DNA of 43,269 bases. Source: Macrostomum lignano. Taxonomy: Eukaryota. Below the pieces are notes generated by a model, which did no database searches, was not told where the DNA came from, and worked only from the letters and a program-made list of their open reading frames with translations. Of the stretch, positions 32,837 through 43,269 are shown one piece after another. A program made the translations under genes and the position numbers. The stretch lies in assembly GCA_002269645.1 (NCBI GenBank), contig NIVC01001572.1, positions 1 to 43,269 on the forward strand. Reading direction: 5' to 3'. The number at the start of each line of letters is the position of its first letter. The stretch's first letter is position 1.

Positions 32837-34205
32837 ATGGACCCGGCCGGTGCGGCCCGGGCGCCTGGGTCCTGCCGGTGAAGTGCCGGCTGGAGGAGGC
32901 CGGGCTCAGCGAGACTCGGCTGCTGCTGCTGCGCCGGGCGCACCTGGACGAGCTGCACTGCAAGCTGGGCTGGCTGTTCAACCTTCAGGGCCGCTACCAG
33001 CTGAAGTACCTCGGTGAGTGCCGCGAATCTGCTATGTTGCTGAGCAAATTAAATCTTCAGCCTGAGCGAAGCAATTTTGCCGCGACCTTGTTGATGCAGG
33101 AGTTAATGATTTTTTTATACAAGTTAAGCAGGACCGTCTGCGGTTAGTCTCTGAGAGGTAAATGGTGAATTAATAGATTGAGCTTTAGTTCACCTGCTTG
33201 GAAAGGATGGGACTTTTGAATTTTGAGTATAAACAAGCTTGGAAACTTGTGGAAGCCAGTGGAAACAAGCTTGGAAATTTGTGGAAGCCAGTGGAAACAA
33301 GCTTGGAAACTTGTGGAAGCCAGTGGAAACAAGTCCGAATTGAAGCATACGGTTTCCTGAGTTCCTCCAAGCTTCCGTCATCCCGGCGCTTTCAGACCGG
33401 TTCGGCGACCTCATCACGTTCTCCTCGGACGAGGAGTTCCAGCTGGCTCTGAACAACTTCTCCCCTCCGGAGTTCCGCATCCTCGTCACTCCAGCTGACG
33501 ACGCAGCTCTGGCAACGTCGAGGTCAGCCAGGAGGCGGTGGACCACCCGGCCGGCGCCGACCCGCGGGGCAGCCCCGGAGGAGGCTTCGAAGGCCGCCGC
33601 AGCTGCTCCAGCGGCAGCGGCTTCAGTCCTGCCAGCAGCCGCGGCACCCGCAGACCGACTGCGGCCCGTGAGCGACGGGGCTTCCAGAGTCTCGGCTGCT
33701 GAGAAGCCGTCCGTTCGTCGGATCAGAGTGAGTTCTCACCCGAGAGTTGCATAAAGAGCTTCTTTGAGGTGTCTGTGAGATCCTACAGTTGTGAGGTGTG
33801 CTGGGAGAGCTCAAACGCATTGATGCTGCACTGCAAGTCGTCCGTCATTTTCAGGAGCTGCGCGACTCTCCACTCAAATCGTCGCCGCCGCCGAACGCTG
33901 CCGTTTTGGGCGACCGCCGCGCCGTCTTCCGCCCCGACTACCTGCGGCCGCGCACGGCCACCCAGCGCAAGTGTCCGGCCACAGCGCCGGCCGTGCAGGC
34001 ATCCTTGGCCGGTTACCGGCAGGACGTGGCCGCCAAAGGCATCGACGGCTCGGACTTCGTGCACTTCGGCATCGAGTGCAGCCGCTGCGGCACCGACCCG
34101 CTGATTGGCTGGCGGTTCAAGTGCTCCCTGTGCCCGAACTACAACATGTGCGCTGCCTGCTTCCACCGCTACTCGCACGGCCACGGCTTCTACCGGCTGC
34201 CGTGA
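32837..34205 (+). CDS. PB1 + ZZ zinc-finger protein (p62/SQSTM1/Ref(2)P-like, no UBA); exons about 32837-33013, 33396-33727, 33855-34205; about 286 aa; probable 1-nt deletion near 32865
   Basis: PB1: LPVKCRLEE..ETRLL..LDELHCKL..LFNLQGRYQLKYL|DRFGDLITFSSDEEFQLAL, with an OPCA motif split by a phase-1 intron (G|gtgagt..ctttcag|AC). ZZ: HFGIECSRCGTDPLIGWRFKCSLCPNYNMCAACFHRYSHGHGF, followed directly by a stop. Confidence 0.85.
33106..33229. repeat. 124-bp direct repeat, copy 2 (in intron 1 of the PB1-ZZ gene)
   Basis: Identical to 32113-32236. Confidence 0.93.
33231..33333. repeat. 32-bp tandem repeat (AAACAAGCTTGGAAACTTGTGGAAGCCAGTGG), about 3.2 copies, intronic
   Basis: Starts immediately after the 124-bp repeat copy 2. 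Confidence 0.9.
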
Positions 34206-35229
34206 GCAGGGCGGAACATTCTGGAGCGGTGCTGGCGCATGCGTATCCAACTCACTGTAGGATGCTCAACTGCTCACAGATCAGTTTACTAGATCTATTT
34301 CAAAGCTCTATTTTTCTGTACGTACGGTATTTGGTTGGCAAAGCGTTTCTAATTTAATCATCTATGAGTAGTTCAGGAACTCAACTCACAACCCGCCTCA
34401 ATCAGAGCTGCAAAACTGCAGGACTCACCACTGATCAACCAATCTCTTTGCCCTGGAAGGTGTGCATGTACAAAATCATAACTGCCCGAACATTGCGATT
34501 CCGAAACAATTGGATTTACTAGACAATATTTTAATATAGCCGTGTTAAACACAAGAGTTCTTTTGCTTTGCCATTCAACTGGGCTGATTTCTCACCGCTC
34601 TGCTGTGTCAGGCGATCGAACTGTAGAAGGAAGAAAGCCCGAGAACTGGGAGGCTGCAGGCGCTAATGGGATGAATTTTTGCGGCCCCACTTAGCCTGAT
34701 GGATGCCCCTCTAAAAGCTCCCGGGGCGTCAGTTTTTGTGATTCCCGGTTTGGGATCTGACGTCTCTGAGGTGAGGGAGACTCGGGTGAGATGGGGACTC
34801 GAACACTCGGTGATTGATCACCCCATTCAATCAGCGATGAAGAGTCCAGTCTCTTCTCGGCCCGGACATTGTCCCGTCAGCAACTCCATTAAAGCCCGCT
34901 TCTAGAAGAGCCCTCGGGACAGCGGCAATCTCACACTCCTCCCTCTCTACCTTGTCCGCCTCTGTCAGCCTGCTGACAGTCAGTAAAATTGAAAGCGAAA
35001 GTCGGGATTTGTTTTCAATTTGATTTTATTGCTGGGGGCGGGCAAGCGCCATTGTTTAGGCAAAATATTGGGACCGTTAAGTAGAAGGCGACTTTTAAAT
35101 ATGGAATTGTCGCTGTGACCGCGGTATAAACAAACTCGGGACAAACAGGGGCAGAGGTGTCTGTCAGCGAAGTTTACCGGCTTCGGGGCCCGAGACTCAG
35201 GGCAGGCAGCTGTCAAGAGAGTCAGCCAG

Positions 35230-36297
35230 TCAGCCAGCTGGGTGGCGCAGCCTCCTGCCGTAGATGAGGATCACTCGGTTGCTGTCCCCGCACAGGTAGA
35301 GGACCATCGGGAAATACGCCTGTTGCTGCTGCTGCTGCTCCTGCTGCTCCTGCTGCTCCCGGACCTGCTGCAGAAACTGCAGCTGCTGCTGCTGCTGCCC
35401 GGCCAGGCGATCCCGGAGGCCGCTGAGCGACCTCTGCAGCTGGTCGCCGAGTTCCGCGTCCTCGACGTCAACGTTGACGCGGCTGCGCAGCTCCAGGCTG
35501 CCGGAGTTGCGCAGCACGGAGCGCACGTCCACCGTGCCGCTCACCACACAGCAGCAGTCGCGGCTGTGGTAGGCCGCCTTCGTCACCACGAGGGCGACAC
35601 CGATGCGCTGGCAGCGTCTGCGAAGGTCCTCCGCCAGCCGGTCGGCCAGATCGACGCCCTGCTGACCAGCCGACGAGGACGACGAGGAGGACAGCGAGGA
35701 CAGGCCGCTGTCCCGGCTCGCCAGCTCCGCTGAGGTCGTCTGCGGCTGCTGCTGCTGCTGCTGCTGGGTCGCCGACAGAGGCGCGGTCACGTGATCCAGC
35801 TGGAAGTGCAGCTTCACGAAGTCTCGGTAGAGGATGGCATTTTTGTCGCTGTCGTCGCCGTAGTTGAGGTGCACCGACCAGCGGCTCTCGGCTGAGGGTC
35901 GCGGGCCGTCGGCACCCCCACCGGCGCTGCCATTGACGCAGAGCTCGTCACTCTCGTCGGCTCCTTCGTTGGCATCAGCGAAGCTGCAGTGGCTCAGGCC
36001 GGTCTGCTCCAGCAGCACGTGGCGCAGCAGTCGCTTCTGCTCAGAGTTGGGGAGCACCCGCTCCAGGAATTTGCTCACCCTGGCCCACTCGCGCCACGCG
36101 AAGGCGATCCGGCAGGCCTCCCCGCCGCCGTCACCGCCTCCATGATCGCCGCTGAACTCACCGCCTCCGGGGCTGCCGCCGCAGGCTCCGCAGGTCACAT
36201 GACTCTCGCTTACCTGACTGTCGGTCGTGTTGAGCTCGCCGACAAGCTTCTCAATGGTGGCGAGGCAGTACGACTCGCTGCTGAGCTGCTGGCCCAT
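35230..36297 (-). CDS. Hypothetical protein, 355 aa, single exon, N-terminal MGQQLS (possible myristoylation)
   Basis: Last two-thirds of the 522-aa ORF. GC3-rich codons and globular-looking blocks (CRIAFAWREWARVSKFLERVL; WSVHLNYG..ILYRDFVKLHFQLD; YFPMVLYLCGDSNRVILIY) separated by Gly/Gln/Ser linkers. No family recognised. Confidence 0.72.
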   Translation of the reverse strand: MGQQLSSESYCLATIEKLVGELNTTDSQVSESHVTCGACGGSPGGGEFSGDHGGGDGGGEACRIAFAWREWARVSKFLERVLPNSEQKRLLRHVLLEQTGLSHCSFADANEGADESDELCVNGSAGGGADGPRPSAESRWSVHLNYGDDSDKNAILYRDFVKLHFQLDHVTAPLSATQQQQQQQPQTTSAELASRDSGLSSLSSSSSSSAGQQGVDLADRLAEDLRRRCQRIGVALVVTKAAYHSRDCCCVVSGTVDVRSVLRNSGSLELRSRVNVDVEDAELGDQLQRSLSGLRDRLAGQQQQQLQFLQQVREQQEQQEQQQQQQAYFPMVLYLCGDSNRVILIYGRRLRHPAG

Positions 36298-36775
36298 GGG
36301 GCTGCGAGAGTGGCAGGGCTGGCGAGGTGCAAAAGTGCGCTCCGGCTCCGGCAGCTCCGCAAGAGGCTTTTGTCTTTCTGTCTGTAGCGCAGCGGGTCGG
36401 AGGGGTGGGCAGCCTGGGGATTTGGGTGAGAGGGATCTCTGTGGGTGGGTGGGGAATAAAGGCTGTGGGCCGCGGAGGGACGGGGCGCGTGGGGTTTGGG
36501 AATTCCATGAGCAGCCAGCCAGCGACTCAACCCGATTGGTGCTTCCTCTCCTAGCAACTCCAGCCTGACCGAGTCCCGGTCTCTCAGCTGTGGCATTCTG
36601 TCCACCCCGGCCGCTTATCTGTCTTGAAATCATTTTTTCTCCCTTTTTTACTGCACGAAACGGCGCCAGTAAAGCGGATTTTCTGGCCACCACTGCTGAT
36701 CCACCGGCTTCCGATGGACTCGCCGTCCTGCAGTGCCTCCCTTCCGACTGACTGCCCCACTCAGCTGTGCGGGCT

Positions 36776-36986
36776 TCCACTGCTGTCTCAGTGCTCACTT
36801 CTCAGGGCCTCAGCTCTTCTCCACCGCTGTCTCAGTGCTCACTTCTCAGGGCCTCAGCTCTTCTCCACTGCTGTCTCAGTGCTCACTTCTCAGGGCCTCA
36901 GCTCTTCTCCACTGCTGTCTCAGTGCTCACTTCTCAGGGCCTCAGCTCTTCTCCACTGCTGTCTCAGTGCTCACTTCTCAGGGCCT
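36776..36986. repeat. 44-bp minisatellite (TGCTGTCTCAGTGCTCACTTCTCAGGGCCTCAGCTCTTCTCCAC), about 5 copies
   Basis: 44-bp period. Confidence 0.93.
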
Positions 36987-37011
36987 CCATTCCGTCACTT
37001 CAGTCATTCCG

Positions 37012-37938
37012 TCTTTCCCTCAGTCACTGCATCTTTCCCTCAGTCATTGCATCTTTCCCTCAGTCACAGCATCTTTCCCTCAGTCACTGCATCTTTCCCT
37101 CAGTCACAGCATCTTTCCCTCAGTCACTGCATCTTTCCCTCAGTCATTGCATCTTTCCCTCAGTCACTGCATCTTTCCCCCAGTCATTGCATCTTTCCCT
37201 CAGTCATTGCATCTTTCCCTCAGTCACTGCATCTTTCCCTCAGTCACTGTATCTTTCCCTCAGTCACTGCATCTTTCCCTCAGTCACTGCATCTTTCCCT
37301 CAGTCACTGCATCTTTCCCTCAGTCACTGCATCTTTCCCTCAGTCACTGCATCTTTCCCTCAGTCACTGCATCTTTCCCTCAGTTACTCCATTTTCCCTC
37401 AGTCACTGCATCTTTCCCTCAGTCACTGCATCTTTCCCTCAGTCACTGCATCTTCCCTCAGTCACTGTATCTTTCCCTCAGTCACTGCATCTTTCCCTCA
37501 GTTACTCCATTTTCCCTCAGTCACTGCATCTTTCCCTCAGTCACTGCATCTTTCCCTCAGTCACTGCATCTTTCCCTCAGTCACTGCATCTTTCCCTCAG
37601 TCACTGCATCTTTCCCTCAGTCACTGCATCTTTCCCTCAGTCACTGCATCTTTCCCTCAGTCATTGCATCTTTCCCTCAGTCACTGCATCTTCCCTCAGT
37701 CACTGCATCTTTCCCTCAGTCATTGCATCTTTCCCTCAGTCACTGCATCTTCCCTCAGTCACTGCATCTTTCCCTCAGTCATTGCATCTTTCCCTCAGTC
37801 ACTGCATCTTCCCTCAGTCACTGCATCTTTCCCTCAGTCATTGCATCTTTCCCTCAGTCATTGCATCTTTCCCTCAGTCACTGCATCTTTCCCTCAGTCA
37901 CTGCATTTTCCCTCAGTCACTGCATCTTTCCCTCAGTC
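37012..37938. repeat. 20-bp satellite (ATCTTTCCCTCAGTCACTGC), block 1, about 46 copies
   Basis: Direct tandem repeat with occasional 19-bp units. Confidence 0.97.
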
Positions 37939-38360
37939 AATGTCCTAGTCACTCTCTCTCTGGTTCATTCAGTCTCTCCATATTTCCCTCAGTCACTCCA
38001 TCACTCGCTCTGTCACTCAAGTTTATATCTGTCCTCGAACCCGGCATCTGAGGGTAGATGTGTTGCCGTTCAACATCCTCAAGCCCAGAATCCGCGGGCA
38101 GGTTGGCACTTCTTCTTTCTGTAAAAACTGCTCAAAGAGCCCCAATAGGGAAAATGCGCACTGAAGTTTGTTCCAAAGGCGGTTAAATAAATAATTAATA
38201 ACGGCTGCCAGCCTCTTCTGTCGCCCCATTAACTGCGTCTCCCGCACCCCATCTGATTTGCTATTCAGTGCCAGTTGGTGGGCTGCAGGGTCTGCGACAT
38301 AGCGACTCCTCACTCCACTACCTGGCAGAGGATGGGGCTGGAGGATGCTGGCTGCGTGTA

Positions 38361-41300
38361 CATCTTCCCTCAGTTACTGCATCTTTCCCTCAGTCACTGC
38401 ATCTTTCCCTCAGTCATTGCATCTTTCCCTCAGTCTCTGTATCTTTCCCTCAGTTACTGCATCTTTCCCTCAGTCACTCCATCTTTCCCTCAGTCTCTGT
38501 ATCTTTCCCTCAGTCACTGCATCTTTCCCTCAGTCACTGCATCTTTCCCTCAGTCACTGCATCTTCCCTCAGTTACTGCATCTTTCCCTCAGTCACTGCA
38601 TCTTTCCCTCAGTCACAGCATCTTTCCCTCAGTCACTGCATCTTCCCTCAGTCACAGCATCTTTCCCTCAGTCACTGCATCTTTCCCTCAGTCACTGCAT
38701 TTTCCCTCAGTCACTGCATCTTTCCCTCAGTCACTGCATCTTTCCCTCAGTCACTGCATCTTTCCCTCAGTCACTGCATCTTTCCCTCAGTCTCTGTATC
38801 TTTCCCTCAGTCACTGCATCTTTCCCTCAGTCACTGCATCTTTCCCTCAATCACTGCATCTTTCCCTCAGTCACTGTATCTTTCCCTCAGTCACTGTATC
38901 TTTCCCTCAGTCACTGTATCTTTCCCTTAGTCTCTGCATCTTTCCCTTAGTCTCTGCATCTTTCCCTCAGTTACTGCATCTTTCCCTCAGTCACTGCATC
39001 TTTCCCTCAGTCACTGTATCTTTCCCTCAGTCACTGTATCTTTCCCTTAGTCTCTGCATCTTTCCCTTAGTCACTGCATCTTTCCCTCAGTCACTGTATC
39101 TTTCCCTCAGTCACTGCATCTTTCCCTCAGTCACTCCATTTTCCCTCAGTCACTGCATCTTTCCCTCAGTCTCTGTATCTTTCCCTCAGTCACTGCATCT
39201 TTCCCTCAGTCACTGCATCTTTCCCTCAATCACTGCATCTTTCCCTCAGTCTCTGTATCTTTCCCTCAGTCACTGTATCTTTCCCTCAGTCACTGTATCT
39301 TTCCCTTAGTCTCTGCATCTTTCCCTTAGTCTCTGCATCTTTCCCTCAGTCACTGCATCTTTCCCTCAGTCACTGTATCTTTCCCTCAGTCACTGTATCT
39401 TTCCCTTAGTCTCTGCATCTTTCCCTTAGTCACTGCATCTTTCCCTCAGTCACTGTATCTTTCCCTCAGTCACTGCATCTTTCCCTCAGTCACTCCATTT
39501 TCCCTCAGTCACTGCATCTTTCCCTCAGTCTCTGTATCTTTCCCTCAGTCACTGCACCTTTCCCTCAGTCACTGTATCTTTCCCTCAGTCACTGTATCTT
39601 TCCCTTAGTCTCTGCATCTTTCCCTCAGTCACTGCATCTTTCCCTTAGTCACTGTATCTTTCCCTCAGTCACTGTATCTTTCCCTCAGTCACTGTATCTT
39701 TCCCTCAGTCACTGCACCTTTCCCTCAGTCACTGTATCTTTCCCTCAGTCACTGTATCTTTCCCTCAGTCTCTGTATCTTTCCCTCAGTCACTGTATCTT
39801 TCCCTCAGTCACTGTATCTTTCCCTCAGTCACTGCATCTTTCCCTCAGTCACTCCATTTTCCCTCAGTCACTGCATCTTTCCCTCAGTCACTGTATCTTT
39901 CCCTCAATCACTGTATCTTTCCCTCAGTCACTGCATCTTCCCTCAGTCACTGTATCTTTCCCTTAGTCACTGTATCTTTCCCTCAGTCACTGTATCTTTC
40001 CCTCAGTCACTGCATCTTTCCCTTAGTCACTGTATCTTTCCCTCAGTCTCTGTATCTTTCCCTCAGTCACTGCACCTTTCCCTCAGTCACTGTATCTTTC
40101 CCTCAGTCACTGTATCTTTCCCTCAGTCACTGCATCTTTCCCTCAGTCACTCCATTTTCCCTCAGTCACTGCATCTTTCCCTCAGTCACTGTATCTTTCC
40201 CTCAATCACTGTATCTTTCCCTCAGTCACTGCACCTTTCCCTCAGTCACTGTATCTTTCCCTTAGTCACTGTATCTTTCCCTTAGTCTCTGCATCTTTCC
40301 CTCAGTCACTGCATCTTTCCCTCAGTCACTGTATCTTTCCCTCAGTCACTGTATCTTTCCTCAGTCACTGCATCTTCCCTCAGTTACTGCATCTTTCCCT
40401 CAGTCACTGCATCTTTCCCTCAGTCACTGCATCTTTCCCTCAGTCACTGTATCTTTCCCTCAATCACTGTATCTTTCCCTCAGTCACTGCACCTTTCCCT
40501 CAGTCACTGTATCTTTCCCTTAGTCACTGTATCTTTCCCTTAGTCTCTGCATCTTTCCCTCAGTCACTGCATCTTTCCCTTAGTCACAGTATCTTTCCCT
40601 CAGTCTCTGTATCTTTCCCTCAGTCACTGCACCTTTCCCTCAGTCACTGTATCTTTCCCTCAGTCACTGTATCTTTCCCTCAGTCACTGCATCTTTCCCT
40701 CAGTTACTGCATCTTTCCCTCAGTCACTGCATCTTTCCCTCAGTCACTGCATCTTTCCCTCAGTCACTGTATCTTTCCCTTAGTCACTGTATCTTTCCCT
40801 TAGTCTCTGCATCTTTCCCTCAGTCACTGCATCTTTCCCTTAGTCACTGTATCTTTCCCTCAGTCACTGTATCTTTCCCTCAGTCTCTGTATCTTTCCCT
40901 CAGTCACTGCACCTTTCCCTCAGTCACTGTATCTTTCCCTCAGTCACTGTATCTTTCCCTCAGTCACTGCATCTTTCCCTTAGTCTCTGCATCTTTCCCT
41001 CAGTCACTGCATCTTTCCCTCAGTCACTGCATCTTTCCCTCAGTCACTGTATCTTTCCCTCAATCACTGTATCTTTCCCTCAGTCACTGTATCTTTCCCT
41101 CAGTCACTGCATCTTTCCCTCAGTTACTGCATCTTTCCCTCAGTCACTGCATCTTTCCCTCAGTCACTGCATCTTTCCCTCAGTCACTGTATCTTTCCCT
41201 CAATCACTGTATCTTTCCCTCAGTCACTGCACCTTTCCCTCAGTCACTGTATCTTTCCCTTAGTCACTGTATCTTTCCCTTAGTCTCTGCATCTTTCCCT

Positions 41301-42930
41301 CAGTCACTGCATCTTTCCCTTAGTCACTGTATCTTTCCCTCAGTCTCTGTATCTTTCCCTCAGTCACTGCACCTTTCCCTCAGTCACTGTATCTTTCCCT
41401 CAATCACTGTATCTTTCCCTCAGTCACTGCACCTTTCCCTCAGTCACTGTATCTTTCCCTTAGTCACTGTATCTTTCCCTTAGTCTCTGCATCTTTCCCT
41501 CAGTCACTGCATCTTTCCCTTAGTCACTGTATCTTTCCCTCAGTCACTGTATCTTTCCCTCAGTCTCTGTATCTTTCCCTCAGTCACTGCACCTTTCCCT
41601 CAGTCACTGTATCTTTCCCTCAGTCACTGTATCTTTCCCTCAGTCACTGCATCTTTCCCTCAGTTACTGCATCTTTCCCTCAGTCACTGCATCTTTCCCT
41701 CAGTCACTGCATCTTTCCCTCAGTCACTGTATCTTTCCCTCAATCACTGTATCTTTCCCTCAGTCACTGCACCTTTCCCTCAGTCACTGTATCTTTCCCT
41801 CAGTCACTGTATCTTTCCCTCAGTCACTGCATCTTTCCCTCAGTTACTGCATCTTTCCCTCAGTCACTGCATCTTTCCCTCAGTCACTGCATCTTTCCCT
41901 CAGTCACTGCATCTTTCCCTCAGTCACTGCATCTTTCCCTCAGTCACTGCATCTTTCCCTCAGTCACTGCATCTTTCCCTCAGTCACTGTATCTTTCCCT
42001 CAGTCACTGCATCTTTCCCTCAGTTACTGCATCTTTCCCTCAGTCACTGCATCTTTCCCTCAGTCACTGCATCTTTCCCTCAGTCACTGCATCTTCCCTC
42101 AGTCACTGCATCTTCCCTCAGTCACTGCATCTTTCCCTCAGTCACTGCATCTTTCCCTCAGTCACTGCATCTTTCCCTCAGTCACTGCATCTTTCCCTCA
42201 GTCACTGTATCTTTCCCTCAGTCACTGTATCTTTCCCTCAGTCACTGTATCTTTCCCTCAGTCTCTGCATCTTTCCCTTAGTCACTGCATCTTTCCTTCA
42301 GTCACTGTATCTTTCCCTCAGTCACTGTATCTTTCCCTCAGTCACTGCATCTTTCCCTCAGTCACTGCATCTTTCCCTCAGTCACTGCATCTTTCCCTCA
42401 GTCACTGCATCTTTCCCTCAGTCACTGCATCTTTCCCTCAGTCACTGCATCTTTCCCTCAGTCACTGCATCTTTCCCTCAGTCACTGCATCTTTCCCTCA
42501 GTCACTGCATCTTTCCCTCAGTCACTGCATCTTTCCCTCAGTCACTGCATCTTTCCCTCAGTCACTGCATCTTTCCCTCAGTCACTGCATCTTTCCCTCA
42601 GTCACTGCATCTTTCCCTCAGTCACTGCATCTTTCCCTCAGTCACTGCATCTTTCCCTCAGTCACTGTATCTTTCCCTCAGTCACTGCATCTTTCCCTCA
42701 GTCACTGCATCTTTCCCTTAGTCACTGCATCTTTCCCTCAGTCACTGTATCTTTCCCTCAGTCACTGCATCTTTCCCCAGTCACTGCATCTTCCCTCAGT
42801 CACTGCATCTTTCCTCAGTCACTGCATCTTTCCCTCAGTCACTGTATCTTTCCCTTAGTCTCTGCATCTTTCCCTCAGTCACTGCATCTTTCCCTCAGTC
42901 ACTGTATCTTTCCCTTAGTCTCTCCATCTT
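38361..42930. repeat. 20-bp satellite (ATCTTTCCCTCAGTCACTGY), block 2, about 228 copies
   Basis: Same unit as block 1, with recurring variant units. Confidence 0.98.
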
Positions 42931-43269
42931 TCCCTCAGTCACTCTCACAGTCCCTCAGTCACTCTCACAGTCCCTCAGTCACTCTCACAGTCCCTCAGTC
43001 ACTCTCACAGTCTCTCAGTCACTCTCACAGTCCCTCAGTCACTCTCACAGTCCCTCAGTCACTCTCACAGTCCCTCAGTCACTCTCACAGTCCCTCAGTC
43101 ACTCTCACAGTCCTCAGTCACTCTCACAGTCCCTCACAGTCACTCTCACTCTCAGTCACAGTCCTCAGTCCCTCTCACAGTCCTCACTCTCACTCCGCTC
43201 AGTCACTCTCACAGTCTCTCAGTCACTCTCACAGTCCCTCAGTCACTCTCACAGTCCTCAGTCACTCTC
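42931..43269. repeat. Related 20-bp satellite (TCCCTCAGTCACTCTCACAG) running to the window edge
   Basis: Shares TCCCTCAGTCACT with the preceding array; degenerates toward the end. Confidence 0.93.

Noticed and set aside
34785-34810. Minus-strand B-box-like GTTCGAGTCCCC (tRNA or SINE)
   Set aside because: No A box or cloverleaf found at a suitable distance.
36624-39309. FPQSLHLSLSHCI-repeat ORFs of 200-475 aa
   Set aside because: Stop-free translations of the 44- and 20-bp satellites in all three frames.

Overview
Eukaryotic (metazoan) genomic DNA: GC-rich exons, GT-AG introns and very dense mini/microsatellites. This style resembles the flatworm Macrostomum lignano, which is an inference only. 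Left to right: (1) a decayed Ty3/gypsy LTR retrotransposon on the minus strand, running off the left edge; (2) a frameshifted LRR gene fragment; (3) a young, almost intact Ty3/gypsy element (5995-11392) with 165-bp LTRs identical at 164/165, TATC target-site duplication, tRNA-Leu PBS, PPT and a G GGA AAC slippery site followed by an H-type pseudoknot; (4) a 3-exon F-box/LRR gene; (5) an orphan gene with a KH-like C-terminal domain; (6) a 6-exon minus-strand nuclear receptor whose DNA-binding domain is HR4/NR6A-like and whose ligand-binding domain is divergent, with a CORE-type SINE in its last intron; (7) several satellites; (8) a PB1+ZZ (p62/SQSTM1-like) gene without UBA; (9) an orphan ORF with a myristoylation-type N-terminus; (10) about 6 kb of 20-bp satellite. 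Most long ORFs in the supplied track that lie over repeats are artefacts. No prokaryotic systems, CRISPR arrays, rRNA or true tRNA genes were found. All family calls come from motif recognition by eye; no database searches were run.
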